Origin: Pseudomonadota bacterium
Lineage (GTDB): Bacteria; Pseudomonadota; Gammaproteobacteria; Pseudomonadales; Pseudohongiellaceae
Length of the DNA: 64,000 nt
Direction: 5' to 3'
NCBI GenBank assembly: GCA_041178065.1
Contig: JBEGWB010000155.1
Coordinates: forward strand, 1,497 to 65,496
This document shows positions 45,157 to 53,445 of the stretch, piece by piece. Positions within the stretch are counted from its first letter, which is position 1. The number at the start of each line of letters is the position of its first letter. Below the pieces are notes generated by a model. It had not been told where the DNA came from and ran no database searches. It saw only the letters and a list, made by a program, of their open reading frames with translations. The position numbers and the translations under genes were made by a program.

Positions 45157-46944
45157 TTATAGCCCAGGGCCCCCGGCCGGCACGGAGGCCAGTGCGAAGA
45201 AAAATGTGGTGCCGGTCTCGTTATTGGAAATGAAATCGAGCTGGCTCCCATGCTCCTCGAGAATCTTCTGGCTAATGTACAGGCCGAGGCCGGTGCCACC
45301 TTTGGTGCGCGTGGTCGATGAGTCGCGCTGGAAAAATTTACCGAACAGTTTGGCACGGTCCGCGTCCGGAATGACTTCGCCGCGGTTGTTCACGGACACA
45401 CGCACGCGCTCGCCGTCCTGTGCCAGCGCCAGGGTCACAGTGCCGCCCGTGATGGAAAACTTGATAGCATTCGACAGGATGTTCGTGACGACCTGGAACA
45501 GGCGATCCGGGTCGATCCTGACCATGTGGACCTCCGCGAGGCCTGCACCCGCGAGATTGACGCCATACTGTGCCGCATAACTCTGGTTCGCGGCCAGTGC
45601 GTCTTCCATCAGGCGCGCCAGATCGCACATCCGAAAACGATATTCCATTTTTCCGGATTCGAATTTTTCGACGTCGAGAATGTCGTTGATCAAAAGTTGC
45701 AGGCGATTGGCGTTCACCAGTGCAAGATCGAGCATCTCGCGACTTTTTTCCGGTTCGTCGGCGAGGATGCCGCTGGCAAGCAGCGCGAGGCTGCCCTTGA
45801 TCGAGGTCACCGGCGTGCGCAGTTCATGGCTGACGATGGAGACGAATTCTTCCTTCAGCTTTTCGTTTTCGAGCCGACGCGTGACGTCCTGTACGACCGA
45901 CATGACGCCGAAAACCGCGCCGCCCGTATCCGAAAGCAAGGTGTTGAACCATTCGCACTGGATGACCTCGCCCTTGCGCGTGCGGTGTTCGAGGATGCGC
46001 TGGTGGCCGCCGCTGTTACTTTTCAGATCGCGCCAGATTTCGGGCAGACGTGCGGCGTTTTTGCCGGAGAACAGGAGGTCGGCCAGGATGTGCCCGCGTG
46101 CCTGTTCCTTGGTATAGCCAAAAATATGTTCGGCGGCGGGATTCCATTCCTGTATCTGCATTTCCTCGTCCCACTCGATGACGGCTAGCGGGGTTTGCGT
46201 CACGTACAACGCGAGCCGTTGCTGGAAGTTGCGCAGGTCGAGCTCGCGGTATTGCGCGTCGATCGTCAGTTCGATGCCGCGCGCGATGTTCTTGCCGAGG
46301 CGGAATGCGCTGATGATCAGCATGACCAGCAGCGCGGCCATCAACCAGAACGCGAAATTGCCAGGCCCGGAGTGCGTCAGCAATAGCGTGCCGAGTAGCG
46401 GTGCCAGGATCAGGATCAGGAACAGCACGGCGAGCTCGGGGCGGGGCGACAAGGAGCTCGCGGCGAATGCCGCGAGACATACCATCATCAGCGCGAGCGT
46501 CAGCTCGAACGTGACGTCGTCGTAGACGAACAACAGGAAGCCGGCACTGCCGACCGCCGCGCCGAGCAGGATCGTGCCGATGCGGAACTGCGTGAACCAG
46601 GGTTCGATGTCGCGCGCCGGCGGGCTCGCGCGGAGAAATCGCCGGTAATGGATCCAGCGGCCCAGCGTGATCGTCAGCAGCATACCGACCCAGAGGTACA
46701 GCCGCACCGGCGACACCGCACCCTGGTAAACGAACAGCGCGACGGCGGAGCCGAGGACATTCGCCATGAGGCTGTTGGGAATGCCGTTAAAGAGAAGGGT
46801 GACCTGCTCGTGGAGCAGCGCAGCTTTCTTGTCTGACGCTATGTACACCCGATTTCCTGTGGTACTGGGAGGTGATCCTGCGCGCTTCGTCGGCGCGACA
46901 GGGGGGGCGGCCTGGCCGTGAAACAGTACCTCGCATTCTTGCAC
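45157..46944 (-). CDS. Membrane sensor histidine kinase (multi-TM, PAS, HisKA, HATPase)
   Basis: About 5-6 TM helices, PAS (IEWDEEMQIQEWNPAAEHIFGY), H-box SHELRTP, N-box NILSNAIKF and G-box GGTGLGL. The start is uncertain; GTG 46848 with AGGAAA upstream is an alternative. Confidence 0.85.
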   Translation of the reverse strand: MQECEVLFHGQAAPPVAPTKRAGSPPSTTGNRVYIASDKKAALLHEQVTLLFNGIPNSLMANVLGSAVALFVYQGAVSPVRLYLWVGMLLTITLGRWIHYRRFLRASPPARDIEPWFTQFRIGTILLGAAVGSAGFLLFVYDDVTFELTLALMMVCLAAFAASSLSPRPELAVLFLILILAPLLGTLLLTHSGPGNFAFWLMAALLVMLIISAFRLGKNIARGIELTIDAQYRELDLRNFQQRLALYVTQTPLAVIEWDEEMQIQEWNPAAEHIFGYTKEQARGHILADLLFSGKNAARLPEIWRDLKSNSGGHQRILEHRTRKGEVIQCEWFNTLLSDTGGAVFGVMSVVQDVTRRLENEKLKEEFVSIVSHELRTPVTSIKGSLALLASGILADEPEKSREMLDLALVNANRLQLLINDILDVEKFESGKMEYRFRMCDLARLMEDALAANQSYAAQYGVNLAGAGLAEVHMVRIDPDRLFQVVTNILSNAIKFSITGGTVTLALAQDGERVRVSVNNRGEVIPDADRAKLFGKFFQRDSSTTRTKGGTGLGLYISQKILEEHGSQLDFISNNETGTTFFFALASVPAGGPGL

Positions 46945-47100
46945 AGCGCCCCAGCCGGGAGGAAATATGTATTACACTTTGCCCGCTCGTCTTGCCCGCG
47001 CGGATGGCGCAAGACTGCTGTTTTCACGCGCAAGATATCCCGTATGCAGTCGGCCACCGTGCCCACCCGCCCATTTCCGGTTTTTTCGCAGGAACATTCC

Positions 47101-47502
47101 ATGACAACGTTGCAACGTGTACTGCATGTCGAAGACGATCCTTCCATTCGCATGGTAACGAGTGTGGCGCTGGAAAAAGTTGGCAAGTTGCAGGTGTTGA
47201 GCTGCGAGAGCGGGCAGATGGCGCTGGAAAAAGCCCATGCCTATGACCCTCAGGTGCTCCTGCTCGACGTCATGATGCCGGAGATGGACGGGCCGACGAC
47301 GCTCGATGGCTTGCGCAAGATGCTGGATATGGATGGCAAGCTGGTGCTGTTCATGACAGCGAAGGTGCAGCAGAAGGAACTCGACTTCTACCTCAGCATT
47401 GGCGCCTTTGGCGTAATCATCAAGCCCTTCGACCCGATGACGCTGGCGGCGCAGATCCAGCAGCACTGGGCGCAGTTCCAGGCAACCCGCGCGACGGTCT
47501 AG
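47101..47502 (+). CDS. Single-domain CheY-like response regulator
   Basis: VLHVEDDPSIR...LLLDVMMPEMDG...MTAK. 133 aa. Divergent from the kinase operon. Confidence 0.85.
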   Translation: MTTLQRVLHVEDDPSIRMVTSVALEKVGKLQVLSCESGQMALEKAHAYDPQVLLLDVMMPEMDGPTTLDGLRKMLDMDGKLVLFMTAKVQQKELDFYLSIGAFGVIIKPFDPMTLAAQIQQHWAQFQATRATV

Positions 47503-48575
47503 GTCTCAGCCCAGCTGCGGTCGGTCAGCTTGTCGAGAATTTGCGGCGAGCCCTGCTGCGTGTGCTGTCCCCACTGGTATTTCACGTGCTGCCAGAAGCG
47601 CGTGTTCCATGAACCGTGCACTTCCTTGCGGTCCTGCCAGTAGAGAATGAATTCCTTGACGCGCGCGAGGGCGAAGTCGATATCGACACGTGCGAGCGCG
47701 AGTACTTCGAGACAGGCAGGGCTCGGCGTGAAGTCCGGCGGGATCGGCCGCGGCGTTGTGTCGTTTTCGAGCGCATTGGTGTAACGCTCCCACTGGCGGC
47801 GCACGTGCGGAATGAACTTCGAACTCCAGCCGCTCGTTACCGTGCCGCGCTCGCGCCAGTACAGGATGAATTCGGGAATGACATCGTCGATGAAGGTGCG
47901 GCTAATGCCGGCATGTTCGAGGATATCGACCGCTTCCTGGTCTGGCATCCAGCCCTGATGCATTGCAGTTTCGGTTTCGCGCGCGCCCTGCAGGCTACGC
48001 TGCTTTTCCCATTCGGCGACGACCCATTTGAAAAAGCCGAAGCTCGACTGATCCGTGCGCTTGCGTTCGCGGCATCTGAGTACGAACAGCGGCAACTGCT
48101 GATCGACGAAGTCGCGTGGAACACTGCGTTGTTCGCATTGGCGGTACACGTCCGGGTCGGGCTGCCAGCTCATCGGCATCAGCATGGTGGTGCCGGCATT
48201 GTTCTGGAATGGCGTCGCGATCGGTTTCTGCACTGGCGGTACCGCCGCCGCGGTTGGCGATTGTGGATCCGGCTGATTGATGGCGTACAGATGCGCCTGC
48301 GTGCCGTTACCCGGAGCCGCTTCGACAAGCAACAAGCCGAGGTCCTCCAGGCTGCGCTGCACGCGGCGAATGTCGGTTGCCTGCCAGAAGGGCAAGGCCT
48401 TCGCGAGGCGGTCGGCACTCAGTTCGCTCCAGCGCCGCTGCTGGCGATACTGCGGCGCGCAGGTCGCGAGCAATTCGCTGATGACATGCAGCATGACCGC
48501 TTCGTCCAGTCCGATCGTTGCGGCGAGCGTGGGCGAAATCAGCAAGGGGCGTTCGGGGATGAGTGAGGTGGGCAT
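47499..48575 (-). CDS. Protein with three tandem DnaT-like (W-rich) repeats behind an N-terminal helical domain
   Basis: Repeats FVDQQLPLFVLRCRERKRTDQSSFGFFKWVVAEWEKQ, FIDDVIPEFILYWRERGTVTSGWSSKFIPHVRRQWERY and ALARVKEFILYWQDRKEVHGSWNTRFWQHVKYQWGQ. ATG 48575 chosen. Confidence 0.6.
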   Translation of the reverse strand: MPTSLIPERPLLISPTLAATIGLDEAVMLHVISELLATCAPQYRQQRRWSELSADRLAKALPFWQATDIRRVQRSLEDLGLLLVEAAPGNGTQAHLYAINQPDPQSPTAAAVPPVQKPIATPFQNNAGTTMLMPMSWQPDPDVYRQCEQRSVPRDFVDQQLPLFVLRCRERKRTDQSSFGFFKWVVAEWEKQRSLQGARETETAMHQGWMPDQEAVDILEHAGISRTFIDDVIPEFILYWRERGTVTSGWSSKFIPHVRRQWERYTNALENDTTPRPIPPDFTPSPACLEVLALARVDIDFALARVKEFILYWQDRKEVHGSWNTRFWQHVKYQWGQHTQQGSPQILDKLTDRSWAET

Positions 48576-48734
48576 GCGGGCATTGGTGTGTGGCGGTAAA
48601 ACGGAGGGCGATGCTAGCACAGTTGCCGATGAGTGGAGTGCTGGTGATGCGCGGGGGGCTGCAGACTGTGGTGACAAGCGCAGCACTTAGGCTGCACCCA
48701 CCTGATTCAGCGAAAAACGACGCGGCGCAGGCGT

Positions 48735-48887
48735 CTAGATGATGCGAAGGAAGTCGAGGATGTTGACGGTGAAGATGGCAACTGGGGCCACCAGAACGAT
48801 CCACTGCAGGTTGCGGCGCGCGAGAAAACCTGTGAAGTGCAGGATCAGGGTGATTAAGCCAAACAGGTAAACTATGTATGAAATCAT
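48735..48887 (-). CDS. Small two-TM membrane protein (hypothetical)
   Basis: MISYIVYLFGLITLILHFTGFLARRNLQWIVLVAPVAIFTVNILDFLRII. GAAGGG lies upstream. Locally AT-richer codons. Confidence 0.4.
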   Translation of the reverse strand: MISYIVYLFGLITLILHFTGFLARRNLQWIVLVAPVAIFTVNILDFLRII

Positions 48888-49048
48888 GGAGCTACCCTTC
48901 TTTCTTAATGTGGCCGTGAATAATGCGTGATTCTTCCCAGGAAAGTAACCCATCTGGCCAAAAAAACGGGTTCGAATCAGGGTCTTCGATCGCGTTCAGG
49001 GTCTTGATGCGATGCGGGCTTCCGGTCTGGTGATGTGCCCAAGGGTGC

Positions 49049-50416
49049 TCACAGTGCTTCGAGTGCTTCGCTCAATTTGCTGACGCCGATGATCTGCATG
49101 CCGGGGATTGCCTGCTTCGGCGCGTTGGCCTTGGGCACTATCGCGCGCGTGAAACCGTGCTTCGCGGCTTCCTGCAAACGCTCCTGCCCGCTCGGCACCG
49201 GACGAATCTCGCCGGCAAGCCCGACTTCGCCGAACACCACGAGCTCGCGTGGCAGCACGCGGTCCTTGAAGCTCGAGACGATCGCGAGCAATTGCGCGAG
49301 GTCGGCACTGGTTTCGCTGACCTTGACGCCCCCGACGACGTTGACGAACACGTCCTGGTCGGCCATGAAGAGCCCACCGTGGCGGTGCAGCACCGCCAGT
49401 AGCATCGCCATGCGGTTGTGATCGAGACCCACCGCTATGCGACGTGGATTACCCAGCTGCGATGAATCGACAAGGGCCTGGATCTCGACGAGCAGGGGAC
49501 GCGTGCCTTCCCACAACACGGTGACAAGTGATCCTGCCGAAATTTCCTCAGTGCGTGCGAGGAAGATCGCGGAGGGATTCTTCACTTCCTTCAGGCCGCT
49601 TTCGGTCATCGCGAAGATGCCGAGCTCATTGACCGCGCCAAATCTGTTCTTATGGCCGCGCAGCGTGCGATAGCGGTTGTCGTCGCCGTCGAGCATGAGG
49701 AAGCAGTCGATCATGTGCTCGAGCACCTTGGGGCCGGCGAGGTTGCCGTCTTTCGTGACATGACCGACGAGGAATAAGGCGGTGCCAGTTTGCTTTGCAT
49801 ACTGGATGAGGTAGGCGGCGCATTCGCGCACTTGCGAAACGCTGCCCGGCGCCGAGGGCACATCGGCGCTGTGCATGACCTGGATCGAATCGATGACGAT
49901 CAGCTTCGGCTTGTGCTGTTCCGCGATGGCCGTGATCTCGGCGATGTTGGTTTCGGCGAGCATCTTCAGCTTGTCCATCGGCAGGGCGAGGCGCTTCGCG
50001 CGCATCGCAACCTGCTGCAGCGATTCTTCGCCCGTCACGTATAGCGTTTCCATCTGCTGCGATAGCTTGCACATGATCTGCAGCAGGAGCGTACTCTTTC
50101 CGGCGCCGGGGTTGCCGCCGATCAGGACGACCGAGCCGGGTACGAGGCCGCCACCGAGCACGCGATCGAATTCGCCGACGGTCGTCGAGAAGCGCGGTTG
50201 TTCCTCGAGATTTATTTCGCCGAGTGTCTGCACGCTGGCCAGCGCGCCGGCATAACCTTCACGCTTGAATTGTTGAGGGGCAGACGGCGCTTTCGTAGCG
50301 CCGAGACTGATGCGCGTCAGCGTGTTCCACGCGTTGCAGGACATACACTGGCCCTGCCACTGGCTGTGTTCGGTGCCGCATTCGTTGCAGACATAGGCGG
50401 TTTTGGTCTTGGCCAT
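49049..50416 (-). CDS. radA: DNA repair protein RadA/Sms
   Basis: Zinc finger CNECGTEHSQWQGQCMSCNAW, Walker A GGNPGAGKST, the KNRFG motif and a Lon-protease-like C-terminus. Confidence 0.92.
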   Translation of the reverse strand: MAKTKTAYVCNECGTEHSQWQGQCMSCNAWNTLTRISLGATKAPSAPQQFKREGYAGALASVQTLGEINLEEQPRFSTTVGEFDRVLGGGLVPGSVVLIGGNPGAGKSTLLLQIMCKLSQQMETLYVTGEESLQQVAMRAKRLALPMDKLKMLAETNIAEITAIAEQHKPKLIVIDSIQVMHSADVPSAPGSVSQVRECAAYLIQYAKQTGTALFLVGHVTKDGNLAGPKVLEHMIDCFLMLDGDDNRYRTLRGHKNRFGAVNELGIFAMTESGLKEVKNPSAIFLARTEEISAGSLVTVLWEGTRPLLVEIQALVDSSQLGNPRRIAVGLDHNRMAMLLAVLHRHGGLFMADQDVFVNVVGGVKVSETSADLAQLLAIVSSFKDRVLPRELVVFGEVGLAGEIRPVPSGQERLQEAAKHGFTRAIVPKANAPKQAIPGMQIIGVSKLSEALEAL

Positions 50417-50513
50417 GAGAAATTCGTTTCTGCGGTAGCGAGGCTGCATGATAGCCAAAAACCGTCGAGCTACCGAGCAATGCTCGCGAAGCGGAGGCAG
50501 ACTCGCGACGGGG

Positions 50514-50534
50514 AAATGGGCTCTGACCCCATTT
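50514..50534 (+). repeat. Family A hairpin repeat copy
   Basis: AAATGGG-CTCTGAC-CCCATTT followed by AGC. It overlaps the alr stop codon and lies between radA and alr. Confidence 0.9.
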
Positions 50535-51636
50535 AGCTGTACGTGCGGGGTACTCGGTTGCTGAGGCTGCAGCTCAGGTTGTAGGAAATCACGCCGGTAT
50601 GCGCGGCAACTTCGTCGATGGACACGAGGTCGCCCCAGAGCTGCGCGAATATGCCGGGCTCGGCCTCGGGGATTGCCGTGAGGTCGATGGCCAGCATGTC
50701 CATCGACACGCGCCCGAGCGTGGTGGTGCGTCGACCGCAGATGGCAACGGGCCCGCCATTGGGCGTGTTGCTCGGATAGCCATCGGCGTAGCCACAGCTG
50801 ACGATGCCGACGCGCATCGGTCGCGGGCAGACGAATTGCGAGTTGTAGCCGATGTTGTCGCCGGTCCTGTGCTCGGCGACATGCAGCAGGCGCGCCTCGA
50901 GCGTCATGACATTCTTCAGATCGAAGGCTTCGCGGCGGCGTGCGACATCCGTCCAGGCAAACGGCGAACTGCCGTAGAGCATAATGCCGGGGCGGGCCCA
51001 GTCAGCTTGCGTTTGCAGGGCCAGCAGAGCGGCGGAGGCCGCGATGCTCGTTGCGTGCGGCACGTAGCGCAGCTCGGCGTCGCGCTGCGTGAAGCAATCG
51101 AGTTGACGCCGGTTCAGTGGCGAATCCGGCAGGCTGGAATTGGCAAGATGCGTCATCGCCACGACCCCCGCGCACCAGGACCTGGCCTGCAGCTTGCGAC
51201 AGGCGGCGGCGAAGTCTTCGGGTGCAATGCCGAGCCGACCCATGCCGCTATCGAGTTTGAGCCAGAAGGTCAGCGGCGCCGGTAGCGTCAGCCGGACGAG
51301 TTCTTCCTCGAGCCAGGTGAGATGTTCGACGCGGTGAATGACGACCTGGAAACCTTGCAGGGCGATGCGCGCGATTTCGCTGCGGTCGATGATGCCCTGC
51401 AGGATCAGGATCGGCCTGTCGGTGCCGCCGGCACGTAGTTGCTCCGCTTCATCGATATCGGTGACGCCGAAAATGTCGGCGTCGTGCAGTGCCTCGGCCA
51501 CCGGCACGAGGCCATGGCCGTAGGCGTTGGCCTTGATCATCGCGAGGATGCCTGCGCCGCCGGCATGGCGGCGTGCGACGGACAGGTTATGCGCGAGCGC
51601 GCGGCGGTCGATCAGCGCGCGGATGCGATGACTCAT
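50533..51636 (-). CDS. alr: Alanine racemase
   Basis: PLP-Lys motif MIKANAYGHG. 367 aa. The start overlaps the dnaB stop by 4 nt. Confidence 0.9.
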   Translation of the reverse strand: MSHRIRALIDRRALAHNLSVARRHAGGAGILAMIKANAYGHGLVPVAEALHDADIFGVTDIDEAEQLRAGGTDRPILILQGIIDRSEIARIALQGFQVVIHRVEHLTWLEEELVRLTLPAPLTFWLKLDSGMGRLGIAPEDFAAACRKLQARSWCAGVVAMTHLANSSLPDSPLNRRQLDCFTQRDAELRYVPHATSIAASAALLALQTQADWARPGIMLYGSSPFAWTDVARRREAFDLKNVMTLEARLLHVAEHRTGDNIGYNSQFVCPRPMRVGIVSCGYADGYPSNTPNGGPVAICGRRTTTLGRVSMDMLAIDLTAIPEAEPGIFAQLWGDLVSIDEVAAHTGVISYNLSCSLSNRVPRTYS

Positions 51637-53033
51637 TCGTTGTCCCAGGGTGCCGGGCCAGCGCCGCCCATCATCGGCATGAAGTTCTCGAAGCGCGTGA
51701 ACTTGCCGATGAAGCTCAGCGTCTTCGTGCCGATCGGCCCGTTACGCTGCTTGCCGATGATGATCTCGGCCATGCCCTTGAACTGTTCGTTTTCCGGTTC
51801 GTACACTTCGTGGCGATACACGAACATGATGACGTCGGCGTCCTGCTCGATTGCGCCCGATTCGCGCAAGTCACTCATGACGGGGCGTTTGTTAGGACGC
51901 TGTTCGAGGCTGCGGTTCAGCTGCGACAGTGCCACGACGGGGCAATTGAATTCACGCGCCATCAACTTCAGCGAGCGTGAAATCTCGGAGATTTCGCCGG
52001 TGCGGTTTTCGCCGCTGCCCTTCACCTGCATCAGCTGCAGGTAGTCGACCATGATCATGCCGATGTTGCCGCCGTGTTCGCGCGCAACGCGGCGGGTGCG
52101 CGAACGCATCTCGCTGGGCGACAGGCCCGAGGTGTCATCGATGAACAGCGGACGATTGCGCAACTTGGCGACGGCCATGCTGAGCTTGTCCCAGTCGTCG
52201 TTTTCGAGGCGGCCGTTGCGCATGCGGGTCTGGTCGATCTTGCCGAGCGATGACAGCATACGAATGATCAGGCTGTCGGCCGGCATCTCGAGGCTGAACA
52301 CGAGCACCGGCTTTTCCTGGTGCAGGATCGCACTCTCGACCATGTTCATCGCGAAGCTGGTTTTACCCATCGAGGGGCGGCCCGCGACGATGACGAGGTC
52401 CGACTGCTGCAGGCCCGAGGTCATTTCGTCGAGATCCTTGAAGCCGGTCGACAGGCCGGTGATGCTGCCCTTGGCGTCGAACAGTCTTTCGATGCGCGCG
52501 ACGGCACTTTTCAGGATCGGGTTGACCTCGACCGGGCCGCCATCGCGCGGACGTTCGTCGGCGATGCGGTATACGGCCTGCTCCGCGGCATCGAGCAGCT
52601 CGGCGCTGGGACGACCGTCGGGGTTATAGCCGCTGTCGGCAATCGTGTGCGCAACGGAAATCAGGCGCCGCAGGATCGCACGTTCCTTGATGATGCCAGC
52701 GTAGGCGACAACGTTGGCGGCGCTGTGAATGTTCGTCACGAGCGCGCCCAGATAGTCGAGGCCGCCGGCTTCCTGCAACTGGTTGGAGTCGCTGAGGGCT
52801 TCGCTCAGCGTAATGACGTCGATGGGTCTGCTGGCCGCGACCTGCTGGACCATCGCATCGAAGATCAGGCGATGTTCGCGCCGATAGAAGTCGCTCGCGA
52901 GCAACACTTCATGGACTGCATCCCAGCGGCTGTTGTCGAGCATCAGCGCACCCAACACGGCCTGCTCGGCTTCGACCGAGTGGGGCGGCACTTTGAGTGT
53001 CGTGACTTTTTCCAGAGCTGCGGGTTCTGACAT
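51633..53033 (-). CDS. dnaB: Replicative DNA helicase
   Basis: PPHSVEAEQAVLG, Walker A GRPSMGKTSF, SLEMP and ALSQLNRSLEQR. Confidence 0.95.
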   Translation of the reverse strand: MSEPAALEKVTTLKVPPHSVEAEQAVLGALMLDNSRWDAVHEVLLASDFYRREHRLIFDAMVQQVAASRPIDVITLSEALSDSNQLQEAGGLDYLGALVTNIHSAANVVAYAGIIKERAILRRLISVAHTIADSGYNPDGRPSAELLDAAEQAVYRIADERPRDGGPVEVNPILKSAVARIERLFDAKGSITGLSTGFKDLDEMTSGLQQSDLVIVAGRPSMGKTSFAMNMVESAILHQEKPVLVFSLEMPADSLIIRMLSSLGKIDQTRMRNGRLENDDWDKLSMAVAKLRNRPLFIDDTSGLSPSEMRSRTRRVAREHGGNIGMIMVDYLQLMQVKGSGENRTGEISEISRSLKLMAREFNCPVVALSQLNRSLEQRPNKRPVMSDLRESGAIEQDADVIMFVYRHEVYEPENEQFKGMAEIIIGKQRNGPIGTKTLSFIGKFTRFENFMPMMGGAGPAPWDNE

Positions 53034-53445
53034 GAGTACTTGAAGCTAAACCGGTTTACGGGCGCCGGGCGCGGCCGACGGGGTTGCCATGGTACTCAAA
53101 TCCCATCCATTACCAAACGGTCATGCCGGGGATTGTCGCGCAAAATTTGGGCATGCTCGGCCTCTTAACGCGTTAACTGGCACACATTTGGAGTCAATGC
53201 GCGCAGCACGGGCCGCGACTTCGGCTTGTGCGCGCAGTACCCTGTGTCCCCGTCGTGGTCGCCGGGCATAAATGTGTCGCCGCGCTAATTGCCTGTTTTG
53301 GCATCGAATTAGCCCGTGTTAAGCCATGTTAAGCGCTCCCGCGGGCGCGCGGATGCGCAAGGGCTTAACGTTAGCTTTTTCCTTGATCCTGAAAAAAAAA
53401 CCGGCACAATGCCAGCCCCGCACTGGCCTCAGCCCTGGTTTTATC

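Noticed and set aside
46901-46907. G7 homopolymer near the histidine kinase 5' end as a slipped-strand switch
   Set aside because: The tract is short. It is unclear whether it is coding at all, since the alternative start at 46848 would place it in the intergenic region. Nothing else supports phase variation.
53177-53192. TGGCAC-ACATT-TGGA looking like a sigma-54 -24/-12 promoter
   Set aside because: The GC of the -12 element is missing at the required spacing (TTGG instead of TTGC, shifted by one).
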